IMG/VR virus record: IMGVR_UViG_3300015244_001866
Location: 27,952 to 91,951 of that record
Reading direction: 5' to 3' (one strand)
Origin: a virus
DNA: 64,000 nucleotides
Of this stretch, positions 39,467 through 48,103 are shown in pieces; the stretch's first letter is position 1, and each line of letters starts with the position of its first letter. The translations under genes were made by a program, and so were the position numbers. The notes under the pieces are model-generated. The model saw only the letters and a program-made list of their open reading frames with translations, had not been told where the DNA came from and did no database searches.

Positions 39467-40209
39467 ATCAACAAAAGGCCACTCCGAGACGAGTGTTAAT
39501 AGGTACACCCTGTTATGACGGACGTATAGATGTATGGTATGCTAACAGTCTTGTTGAGACTATTAGACAATCAATACCGTTAGGAATTGAAATTTTTCCT
39601 ATATGGCTCAGTTATGATGCTCTAATACAACGAGCAAGAAATGATCTAATGGCACTGGTATTAGAGTTAAACTGTGATGATATTGTTTTTATTGACAGCG
39701 ACATTGACTGGCAACCACATGACTTTTGGAAATTATTAAACTATCCTGTAGATGTTGTAGGCGGCACTTATCGTAAAAAAGGAGACGACGAGACATACGT
39801 TGCAAAAATTTTAAATTTTAAAACACCAAAAGATCCTAACACCGGCCTCTTGCCTGTAGAAGGGTTAGGTACAGGATTTCTGCGTCTAAGTCGTAATGCT
39901 GTTCAAACTCTATGGGACAATAGTGTTCCTTACGAAGAAAAAGAAGCGGGCAAAGTTCGCAGATGGATATTTGACGTAGTTGTAGATAATGGAGAACTTA
40001 TCAGCGAAGACATTTTAATGTGCCAGCGCCTTATAGATCTAGGTATCCCAATTTGGTTAGACACTTCGATTACCTGTAGTCATTCGGGTACCAAACGATA
40101 TGTTGGAAATTTTGAGCAATGGTTTGAAAGAGTAAAACAAGTTCGAGATATGCCAACTCCGTCAGGTTACGGTGCAACTCCGACTAATATAAAATCTTTA
40201 TACGAATAA
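39454..40209 (+). CDS. GT-A-fold glycosyltransferase-like protein
   Basis: 'IGTPCYDG', 'RARN', 'VFIDSDIDW', 'GTGFLRL', 'SED..MC'. Paralogue of 14991-15647. Confidence 0.7.
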   Translation: MDRLNQQKATPRRVLIGTPCYDGRIDVWYANSLVETIRQSIPLGIEIFPIWLSYDALIQRARNDLMALVLELNCDDIVFIDSDIDWQPHDFWKLLNYPVDVVGGTYRKKGDDETYVAKILNFKTPKDPNTGLLPVEGLGTGFLRLSRNAVQTLWDNSVPYEEKEAGKVRRWIFDVVVDNGELISEDILMCQRLIDLGIPIWLDTSITCSHSGTKRYVGNFEQWFERVKQVRDMPTPSGYGATPTNIKSLYE

Positions 40210-40859
40210 TGGGACGATATAGTGTTGATAAAAATATGGTACAGCAGACACAAACTGCTGTACAACCTTCTTCAGGCAATCTAACGCCGTTGGTAATGCC
40301 TGCTGTCTTTGACAAGTATGCAATATTATTAGATCGAGATGGAGTATTATGTGAATGTAGTGATGCAATAACAGGTCCAAGTCAGTTTAAACCCATTGAT
40401 AATTCTTTCAGAGCTGTGGCAATCATACGCAGTAAAGGTCATAAGATATCAATCTTGTTTGATCAACCCGGAGTAGCACACAAGAAAGTAACCATTGAAC
40501 AAGTTGAAGACTGTAATAGATACATGCTCAATCTTTTAGGACAGGCAGGATGTACCAGTATAGATGGCATCTGGTATAGCACTACTGGTAGGAAAGATGA
40601 TCCTTATGCCAAACCTAATCTAGGCCTTTTTAGACATGCTGAAACAATGGTTCCAAATTTAGAAATTAAAGGATCGGTTTATGTAGGAGATAGTCTTGAA
40701 GACCTACTAATGGCCGACAAAGCTGGCGCAACACCTGTACTGGTATTAACTGGCAATGGTCAAAAAACAGCCAACAAACTTAAAAATCCTATATATAGAA
40801 TGTTATTACCCAAGGTAAAAGTATTTGACAATCTAATGACGTTTGCGGAGAGTCTATGA
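40209..40859 (+). CDS. HAD phosphatase, GmhB/HisB-like (subfamily IIIA)
   Basis: Motif I 'LLDRDGVL', 'KPNLGLF', motif IV 'VGDSLEDL', 'VLVLTGNG'. Confidence 0.8.
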   Translation: MGRYSVDKNMVQQTQTAVQPSSGNLTPLVMPAVFDKYAILLDRDGVLCECSDAITGPSQFKPIDNSFRAVAIIRSKGHKISILFDQPGVAHKKVTIEQVEDCNRYMLNLLGQAGCTSIDGIWYSTTGRKDDPYAKPNLGLFRHAETMVPNLEIKGSVYVGDSLEDLLMADKAGATPVLVLTGNGQKTANKLKNPIYRMLLPKVKVFDNLMTFAESL

Positions 40860-41773
40860 AAAAACCTCTAGGTGGCAGTGAGTTAATGTATTATACTATG
40901 GCCAATCTAGTTGAGCCAGGTTGGGAAAAAGATATCAATCTTATTTTAAGTTTCTGTGATTGGAAATTTATTGATCCAACTAAAAAGAACATAGTTTGGC
41001 AACAGTTAAACACCAATGAAGAAAGTACCAACGGCATGGCCGATCCTAAATTTATTGAAACTGTGGATTACTTTGTATGGGTTAGCTATTGGGTATATGA
41101 AAAATTTAGACAAAAATATAATGTTCCTGCATATAAAAGCATTGTTATTCGTAATGCCGCCCCTAGAGCAGAATTTAAAGAAAGAGATAGATCGGATAAA
41201 ATTAAATTAATATATACCTCTACCCCGTGGAGAGGACTTGATATTTTAATTGATGCATTTAAATTATTAAACAGAGATGATGTTGAGCTTGATGTATTTT
41301 CCAGTACTACAATCTATGGACCGAACTTTGAAAAGAGCGTAGAAGGACAGTTTGACTGGCTATGGGATCTTTGTAAAACAACCCCTGGTATAAATTACCA
41401 TGGATATCAACCAAATGAAATTGTTAGGGAATATGTAGCTAACGCACATATCTTTTCGTACCCTAATACATTTGAAGAAACAAGTTGCATTGCAGCCATT
41501 GAAGCATTAACTGCAGGATGCCAAATAATCACAACAGGCTACGGTGCATTACCAGAAACCTGCGGTGATTGGGCAACTTATATACCATACGGTCCAAATA
41601 GAAAATTTATGGCAGAGAGATTTGCCTATGAACTAAACAACGCAATTGATAATTATTGGTCAGATGAAACACAGCTAAAAATTAAGCAACAGAGTGAATA
41701 CTATAATAAGTATCATACCTGGCCAATAAGAATACAGCAATGGCAAGATTTTTTTAACAAAGTAAGGAAGTAA
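40856..41773 (+). CDS. GT-B glycosyltransferase (GT4-like)
   Basis: 'GGSE', 'YTSTPWRGL', 'YPNTFEETSCIAAIEALTAGC..GALPET'. Confidence 0.8.
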   Translation: MKKPLGGSELMYYTMANLVEPGWEKDINLILSFCDWKFIDPTKKNIVWQQLNTNEESTNGMADPKFIETVDYFVWVSYWVYEKFRQKYNVPAYKSIVIRNAAPRAEFKERDRSDKIKLIYTSTPWRGLDILIDAFKLLNRDDVELDVFSSTTIYGPNFEKSVEGQFDWLWDLCKTTPGINYHGYQPNEIVREYVANAHIFSYPNTFEETSCIAAIEALTAGCQIITTGYGALPETCGDWATYIPYGPNRKFMAERFAYELNNAIDNYWSDETQLKIKQQSEYYNKYHTWPIRIQQWQDFFNKVRK

Positions 41774-41775
41774 AA

Positions 41776-42636
41776 ATGGCACAACGAATTTTAATTATGG
41801 GATTACCCGGATCAGGAAAAACTACCCTAGCATCGGCACTTAAAAAGTATCTCGAAACTAACGGAGATCTATTAAAGGTTAATCCACAACGAGTTATGAA
41901 CTATGAAGGAATTCCGAGCCCTAACTTTATGCAGGTAGGAGTAGATTGGTTCAATGCTGATGATGTACGACGAAAATTCAATGACTGGGATTTCAGTAAA
42001 GAAGGACGCATACGTCAAAGTCTGCGTATGCTACAGTTTGCGCTAGAATGTACAGGCGAATATGTGATCTGCGACTTTGTTGCTCCATTAGTTGAAATGC
42101 GTAACAACTTTAAAGCCGATTGGACTATATGGGTAGATACTATCCGTGAAGGACGCTATGCTGATACTAATGCGGCATTTGTAGAACCTGAGCAATATGA
42201 TTTTCGCATTACTGAGCAAGATGCAGACAAATGGGCAGAATTTATTGGCGAGCATATTCTAACTAGTCGCCGCCGGCCAACGTTTGATTGGAAAAAAGAA
42301 ACTGTACAGATGCTAGGTCGTTGGCAACCATGGCATGAAGGACATCGTGCCCTGTTTGAAAGATTACTAGCCAAGACTGGACAGGTAGTTATACAGGTTC
42401 GAGATGTACAAGGATGGCAAGGTAGTAATCCGTTTGAAGTTGAAAAAGTTAAAAGTTTTATTAAACGTGATCTAGATCCACTTTATCAAGGACAATACGA
42501 AATTCAAGTTGTACCTAACATTGTACATATTGGTTGGGGTCGTGGCGTAGGTTATACAGCAGGTGAAGAGGCATTTGATGATTCAGTAACTAGTATTAGT
42601 GCTACTAAGATTCGTAAAGAACTAGGATTAAAATGA
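41776..42636 (+). CDS. Adenylylsulfate-kinase-like P-loop domain fused to a HxGH nucleotidyltransferase domain
   Basis: Walker A 'GLPGSGKTT'; 'NADDVR..DWDFSKEGRIRQ' resembles CysC; C-terminal 'GRWQPWHEGH' and 'ISATKIR'. Confidence 0.7.
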   Translation: MAQRILIMGLPGSGKTTLASALKKYLETNGDLLKVNPQRVMNYEGIPSPNFMQVGVDWFNADDVRRKFNDWDFSKEGRIRQSLRMLQFALECTGEYVICDFVAPLVEMRNNFKADWTIWVDTIREGRYADTNAAFVEPEQYDFRITEQDADKWAEFIGEHILTSRRRPTFDWKKETVQMLGRWQPWHEGHRALFERLLAKTGQVVIQVRDVQGWQGSNPFEVEKVKSFIKRDLDPLYQGQYEIQVVPNIVHIGWGRGVGYTAGEEAFDDSVTSISATKIRKELGLK

Positions 42637-42857
42637 ACAAGTATCATGTTAGGTTTAATACCAAACATAACGGGTCCGAACTAGTGTGGCGTGTATTTGA
42701 AAACGGAGTTGAACACCTAGCATCAGATGTTCGAATAGTAGGAGAAACATATACCGAATGTACTAACGAATACGGAGAAACCAAGTGGAATATTGCCTGT
42801 AATGGCCGCTTAGTTTGGGTCGATAAAGTGGCTGTAATTGTTACAGGCAAAGATTAA
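42633..42857 (+). CDS. Hypothetical protein
   Basis: 74 aa, overlaps the end of the upstream gene, AGGA SD. Confidence 0.55.
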   Translation: MNKYHVRFNTKHNGSELVWRVFENGVEHLASDVRIVGETYTECTNEYGETKWNIACNGRLVWVDKVAVIVTGKD

Positions 42858-42884
42858 TAAATATAATATCAATGGAGATTAGAT

Positions 42885-43184
42885 ATGAGTCTTGAAGTTA
42901 ATTTAGATAATGCAGTCGAAGTTATACCAGCTGTAGCTGCCGTAACAGTTAATTCTATTAAGATACTAGGAATTAGTGAAAACTATGGTAGTATTGAAAA
43001 TAATTATTTTCCCGGAATGCTTGGCCCTAATGGGTCCGTTACCGCAAGTATATTGCTTGACGAAGAACGCCACCTTACCAGACAGATTACAGTATGGCAG
43101 GGCGATGAATATCAGGCCGTAAAAGGTACATGGACTGATGAAACTTTAAAAGTTAAAATTGCTCAAGTATTAGCAACAACTTAA
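42885..43184 (+). CDS. Hypothetical late protein
   Basis: 99 aa. TAAATA at 42858-42863 and a GGAG SD upstream. Confidence 0.6.
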   Translation: MSLEVNLDNAVEVIPAVAAVTVNSIKILGISENYGSIENNYFPGMLGPNGSVTASILLDEERHLTRQITVWQGDEYQAVKGTWTDETLKVKIAQVLATT

Positions 43185-43606
43185 ACTAGGTCCAACAGTA
43201 ACTCTAGTTTAGTCTTAATAATTTTATTATTGAGGCTAGTTTTTACACCCTGATGCAGTGGTTTAGGCCAAGAGTTTAAACTACACCAAGAATATCCCGA
43301 ATGCTCTTCGTTGAGTGTCGGGATAAATTCTTTTTCAACTACTAGAACATAGGTGTTGTACTGAAACTGCTGATCGTTACTGGTAAAGAGTTCTAAGGGA
43401 ACTATTTTTTTAATAACTGGAGTTTTTCCAACTTCTTCTGAAATTTCTCGTTTAAGCGCATCATAGGCTGTACGATCCGTGGGCTCCTTTTTTCCACCAA
43501 CTAGTCCCCAAGTACCTGCAGTCTTACCCTGTGTGCGTAGCAAGAATAAAAATCTTTTTGTATCCTTAGCTAAAAATAAACCACCACTGCAAACTATTTC
43601 TATCAT
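43181..43606 (-). CDS. NUDIX hydrolase
   Basis: Nudix box 'GGKKEPTDRTAYDALKREISEEVG'. Start ATG 43606 forms an ATGA overlap with the upstream gene. Confidence 0.85.
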   Translation of the reverse strand: MIEIVCSGGLFLAKDTKRFLFLLRTQGKTAGTWGLVGGKKEPTDRTAYDALKREISEEVGKTPVIKKIVPLELFTSNDQQFQYNTYVLVVEKEFIPTLNEEHSGYSWCSLNSWPKPLHQGVKTSLNNKIIKTKLELLLDLV

Positions 43607-45030
43607 AGAATTAATCGCCAAGAACCTCGATCATATACTCCTTCAAAGCTCTTGGTCCATTGTTCTCCGTCCCATTTGTACTGTATTCCTGTATATGAAT
43701 TAGTTATATAAGTTATATCTGTAGTCTCTTGGGAATCGAATACCACAGTCCATGCAGTACCAGTCCATTCTATAATGTCGTTCGCATGAGCTACAAAACT
43801 AGTACCTGTTGAACTTCTCCACGCATCGGCTCTCCACGCATCATTAGTACCATCTGGTAAGTCATAATTGTTTATATCTTCTAATATAAGATATCTTGTA
43901 TTAGAAGTTGGAGAGGTAGGAACAAATGTTACAGGATTTACAATAGCATCTACGGTACCTCGGCCACCAATAATAGTATTTGACGGTATAGTATCTGTAT
44001 CAATACTCAGAACCATGGCAGCATCATCAGTAGGGTTTAAACTACAATAGGCTACTATCTCGTTGCCATCTGATTTTATTAATCTGATCTGGCTGAGCCC
44101 TGCTGAAAATTCTCCAGGATACAAATCTAATAAACTTTTCCAGTTAGCCTTGCCTGATACTCCGGTAATGTCTGTTAGCTCATCATTAATATTAGATTGT
44201 TTGAGTGGCAGTATGTTAGCAACATTATTCAATACCAGCAGATCAAAATTGCCCGGAGTGATTACAGTCTTTGCGCGAGCAACCCTGCCAGCAAACAAGT
44301 CTGTCAATCCAAGATCCTTATACGCACCAGAATCAATGTTGCCCGGAACATCTGTAAAAACATTAGAAATAATTTTAGTAATAATCCCTAGCTTCTTAAC
44401 CTTGGCCGGGGGTGTAATCCAAATTGGAGATGTAAAATTTAATGTGCAGATACTGATATCACTTTCCATTCCTTGTGGAATTGATCTAGATTCAAATGTC
44501 TGTGATGCAAGTTCAAGATAACTTAAACTAGTCCAATCAAAATAATTATCTGTACTTTGTATTTCTAGTGCAGGATTAAACAGCACAACAATTTGTTCCC
44601 ACAGTTGTAATTTTTGTTCTGTGTTAGAAGTCCAGATGTCTGCGGTAAATGTTACAGTATAAGGACTAGGCATTAACCTTTCTATGGTATAATTAGCACC
44701 TTGTATGTTTAAATAGTTACGTTGTCCAGTTACTGGATCAATTTCATATTCTCTTTCTCTAACCTGTACCTTACTAACAAACGTTGGGTCTTGTAATCGT
44801 TCTCTATCATAGGATAGATCTTTAATATAGCAGGCAATAAATGGAGCACTTTGCACAATGTTTTCGCTATTCTTACTTAGAATTTGTGCAACCTGTCTAG
44901 TCATGTCTCCATACCGTACTGGTACTTGAGTAAGTTTTCCTTTAGCATCTTTGTAGCTAAAGCTACTCATTGCTCTCATGAATTGTGTTAAGTAACGGCG
45001 TACTTGACCGTCATAGAAATGATCTGACAT
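43603..45030 (-). CDS. Tail sheath stabiliser/tail terminator, T4 gp15-like, with a C-terminal extension
   Basis: 'HFYDGQVRRYLTQF', 'VPVRYG', 'MPSPY', 'EQIVVLFNP'; lies beside the neck genes. Confidence 0.65.
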   Translation of the reverse strand: MSDHFYDGQVRRYLTQFMRAMSSFSYKDAKGKLTQVPVRYGDMTRQVAQILSKNSENIVQSAPFIACYIKDLSYDRERLQDPTFVSKVQVREREYEIDPVTGQRNYLNIQGANYTIERLMPSPYTVTFTADIWTSNTEQKLQLWEQIVVLFNPALEIQSTDNYFDWTSLSYLELASQTFESRSIPQGMESDISICTLNFTSPIWITPPAKVKKLGIITKIISNVFTDVPGNIDSGAYKDLGLTDLFAGRVARAKTVITPGNFDLLVLNNVANILPLKQSNINDELTDITGVSGKANWKSLLDLYPGEFSAGLSQIRLIKSDGNEIVAYCSLNPTDDAAMVLSIDTDTIPSNTIIGGRGTVDAIVNPVTFVPTSPTSNTRYLILEDINNYDLPDGTNDAWRADAWRSSTGTSFVAHANDIIEWTGTAWTVVFDSQETTDITYITNSYTGIQYKWDGEQWTKSFEGVYDRGSWRLIL

Positions 45031-46232
45031 TATGCATCCGCCTGTGGTCTAAGTACCTTGCTCAAAGGTTGTTTTTCGTTAATCACCTTGCCAGCAATAG
45101 TAGCAGTTGTGTTATTATTAATAAAACTAGATTTTAATGTCTGACGTACATCTTTGCCTGCGTTCAATGTTCCAGCGGCGACATCTTCATTACCAAAATT
45201 ATTCATAGTCATTCTAATGTCATCTTCAAATCTAATCCAATTTCTACCGTCATACCTAAATAATCTATTTGGTAAGAAATCATTACGCAGATGAAATTGC
45301 CCACGGGCCGGGCTATCGGGGAATGTTATACCAAACGTGTAAAGATCCCCGTTTGGAGGAATAGCATCATTAGTTAGATACCCGGTGTATAGATTTTTAT
45401 CCGGACTTCGTAGAGTAATGGTAGCATCGATGTTAGTAGAACTAGCATCAGTATCGCTAGCAGTAGTATCAAATACATCAACAGTACCATCTTCTTTGGT
45501 TGGAATTATGTATAGTTTTGTAGTGTCATATCCGCTTTCAGGAGCATCAGTTTCTGCCTGTAAAAGAATCTGTTGATTTATTTCAATGTTTTTATTGTAG
45601 GTGCTCATTAGATCACGCAGAGTAGAATTGTCGCCTGCGCCAGCATCTGCATCAAATATATCTTTAAATTCTTGACTATCTACCAGAGGCTGACATTTGG
45701 CTCTGATTAGGTGTGGATACCAAGTCTGACTAAAACCTGTTGCAGAACGAACAACATCTGTCACTACATAAAATCTTTTTAATGCCACTGCGGCATCGCC
45801 TAGTGCATACTCATCTTTAAGGTGAGGTAATTCTAACACATCTCCTGCCATGATCTTACGTCCAATAGAATCAACCGTCGATCGTAGATGAAAGGTAACC
45901 ATAATATTATCATTAGTTAAGAACAGGCCAAATTGACTTAGATTAAAATCAATATCTTGCATGGTGTAAATACCACGTAGTTGGTAGATATCTTTCTCAT
46001 ATTTTCTATCTCTATTTTCCATAAAGATAAGGTCTTGAATACCTAGCTCACCTTGTTCGGAAACATTGGCGGTTTTAGAAGGACTACTTTCTCCTTCTAA
46101 AGGATCGTAAGCACCAAGGTACTTATGGACAAAAATATCAGTACCCCCAACCTGAAATTCTTCATTAATTACGCGGTCGAGGAACTTAAAATCGTTGCCC
46201 TTTTCTGGTTTGTAGAGTGATAGACGTGGCAT
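45030..46232 (-). CDS. Neck/head-closure protein, T4 gp14-like
   Basis: 'QDLIFMENRDRKY', 'LSQFGL', 'GDVLELPH'; lies between gp13-like and gp15-like genes. Confidence 0.55.
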   Translation of the reverse strand: MPRLSLYKPEKGNDFKFLDRVINEEFQVGGTDIFVHKYLGAYDPLEGESSPSKTANVSEQGELGIQDLIFMENRDRKYEKDIYQLRGIYTMQDIDFNLSQFGLFLTNDNIMVTFHLRSTVDSIGRKIMAGDVLELPHLKDEYALGDAAVALKRFYVVTDVVRSATGFSQTWYPHLIRAKCQPLVDSQEFKDIFDADAGAGDNSTLRDLMSTYNKNIEINQQILLQAETDAPESGYDTTKLYIIPTKEDGTVDVFDTTASDTDASSTNIDATITLRSPDKNLYTGYLTNDAIPPNGDLYTFGITFPDSPARGQFHLRNDFLPNRLFRYDGRNWIRFEDDIRMTMNNFGNEDVAAGTLNAGKDVRQTLKSSFINNNTTATIAGKVINEKQPLSKVLRPQADA

Positions 46233-46239
46233 AGTAGTA

Positions 46240-46255
46240 TATTTATAGGTAAATA
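46240..46255. promoter_or_regulatory. Back-to-back divergent late promoters
   Basis: Minus-strand TATAAATA (46247-46240) and plus-strand TAAATA (46250-46255) in a 28-bp gap. Confidence 0.65.
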
Positions 46256-46260
46256 ATTGT

Positions 46261-47019
46261 ATGACCGAAGTTGATAATTCCCGACAAGAAATAATTGAGT
46301 ATTGCCGTACCCTCTTAGGTGATGGTATGGTTGATGTTGAGCTAGATCCTAAACATTACAACACAGCAATAGACCGTGCGTTAGCTAAGTATCGCCAACG
46401 TAGTAGTAATTCTGTAGAAGAAAGTTTTGGCTATCTAACATTAGAAACTGATAAAAACGAATATATTTTGCCTAAAGAAGTAATGCAAGTACGTGAAGTT
46501 TTTAGACGTAGTGTAGGATCTAGAACAGGCGGGGGCGACGGCGGTACGCTGTTTGAACCGTTTAACCTAGCATATTCTAATACATATTTGCTTTCTAGCA
46601 GTAACATGGGCGGGCTAGCAACCTACTATATGTTTTCTGCATATCAGAAAGAAGTAGGAAAAATGTTTGGTAGTTATATTATATTTCAATTTAACCCTAC
46701 AACAAAAAAGCTAACAATCTCTCAACGTCCTAGAGGTCAAGAAAGTTTGCTAATTTGGATGTATAATTATCGTCCAGATTTTTCTCTATTTGAAGATACG
46801 TATGCAGGAATATGGTTGAAGGACTACGCCCTAGCAAACTGCAAGATCATGCTAGGAGAAGCTCGCGAAAAGTTTGGCACTATTGCCAGTCCGCAGGGCG
46901 GAACAACACTAAATGGTACAGCAATAAAATCTGAAGGATTAGCAATGATCGAAAAGCTAGAACTAGAATTGGTAACAAATGTAGATAATCAGCAGCCAAT
47001 GTGGTTTACTAGAGGCTAA
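46261..47019 (+). CDS. Neck protein/head-tail adaptor, T4 gp13-like
   Basis: 'IIEYCRTLLG..VDVELD', 'WLKDYALA..K..LGEAREKF..PQGGTTLNG'. Confidence 0.75.
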   Translation: MTEVDNSRQEIIEYCRTLLGDGMVDVELDPKHYNTAIDRALAKYRQRSSNSVEESFGYLTLETDKNEYILPKEVMQVREVFRRSVGSRTGGGDGGTLFEPFNLAYSNTYLLSSSNMGGLATYYMFSAYQKEVGKMFGSYIIFQFNPTTKKLTISQRPRGQESLLIWMYNYRPDFSLFEDTYAGIWLKDYALANCKIMLGEAREKFGTIASPQGGTTLNGTAIKSEGLAMIEKLELELVTNVDNQQPMWFTRG

Positions 47020-47053
47020 TTTTTGTATAAAATATAGTATCTTAGGAGATGCT

Positions 47054-47752
47054 ATGATTATCGGATTTGTTGGATTCATTGGTGCAGGCAAAGATACTGC
47101 CGCAGATTATTTGGTTAATTGTCACGGATTTCGAAGAGATTCATTTGCTAATACACTTAAAGATGCAGTAGCCTGCGTGTTTGGATGGGATAGAACTCTG
47201 CTAGAAGGCCGCACCGCAGAAGCCCGTGCATGGCGAGAACAAGTAGATCCGTGGTGGTCAGACCGACTAGGCATGCCTACATTGACGCCGAGATGGGTAT
47301 TACAATACTGGGGAACAGAAGTATGCCGAGCAGGCTTCCATGACGATATATGGATTGCTAGCCTAGAAAATAAAATGCGTAAAACACAGGATAACATTGT
47401 TATCAGCGATGTACGTTTTCCTAACGAGATTAAAGCAATACACAGCGCAGGCGGTCTTGTGATAAGGATCAAACGAGGGACAGAGCCCGAGTGGTATGAT
47501 GCTGCCGTTAGTTTTAACAAAGGGCCTAATAGTAACTCTTTGTGGGCATTAAGTCAAAGAAAATTAGAAAAATTAAAAATACATGCTAGTGAAACCGCCT
47601 GGGTAGGCGGTGACATTGACTACGTTATACAAAATGATACCACTATTGATAGTCTATTTTCAGAACTTAAAAGTCTGGCGTTAAATCACCTTGACGCCAA
47701 GGCAACCCTAGTACGTGAAGTAGCCGTTGGCAGTTTGCGCATACAGTCTTAA
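47054..47752 (+). CDS. Deoxynucleoside monophosphate kinase (T4 gp1-like)
   Basis: 'IIGFVGFIGAGKDT', 'SFA..LKD', 'TPRWVLQYWGTE', 'ISDVRFPNE', 'HASE'. Confidence 0.9.
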   Translation: MIIGFVGFIGAGKDTAADYLVNCHGFRRDSFANTLKDAVACVFGWDRTLLEGRTAEARAWREQVDPWWSDRLGMPTLTPRWVLQYWGTEVCRAGFHDDIWIASLENKMRKTQDNIVISDVRFPNEIKAIHSAGGLVIRIKRGTEPEWYDAAVSFNKGPNSNSLWALSQRKLEKLKIHASETAWVGGDIDYVIQNDTTIDSLFSELKSLALNHLDAKATLVREVAVGSLRIQS

Positions 47753-48002
47753 GATTGTTCTGTCGGCAATTGTCTAGATCTCCGTCTATATGGTAGACAT
47801 TAAATTGTTCAGGGTGCTTGCTGACAAACCCACATTTATCACACTTTGATTTTAATTTATATCCTGCCACTTGCCATCTAGGCAAGCCGGTACCTAGGCC
47901 TCGAGCACAGTGGTCACACTTAGACCTATAGTAGGTTCTCCCCTCTTTAATATAATTAATTGCCACAGGTCTGGCCTTGCAATTTTTACAAAGTTTTCGC
48001 AA
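47667..48002 (-). CDS. Zn-finger HNH endonuclease
   Basis: CxxC pairs and 'VYHIDGDLDNCRQNNLKTVCANCQR'. Likely start is TTG 48002, because a minus-strand TAAATA lies at 48039-48034. Confidence 0.7.
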   Translation of the reverse strand: MRKLCKNCKARPVAINYIKEGRTYYRSKCDHCARGLGTGLPRWQVAGYKLKSKCDKCGFVSKHPEQFNVYHIDGDLDNCRQNNLKTVCANCQRLLHVLGLPWRQGDLTPDF

Positions 48003-48103
48003 TTTCGTGCCCTTTTCATGCCCTTTTCCTATGTATTTAATCCGGTAAAAAATAAGGTAACTCGCTAAATAATTCAAAGTGATCCATTTTAGGAGAATTT
48101 ACA

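Noticed and set aside
36009-42636. Captured bacterial LPS/capsule operon
   Set aside because: No transport, polymerase or membrane components. The enzymes have paralogues interleaved with virion genes and carry phage late-promoter motifs. A host-envelope target is still possible but not favoured.
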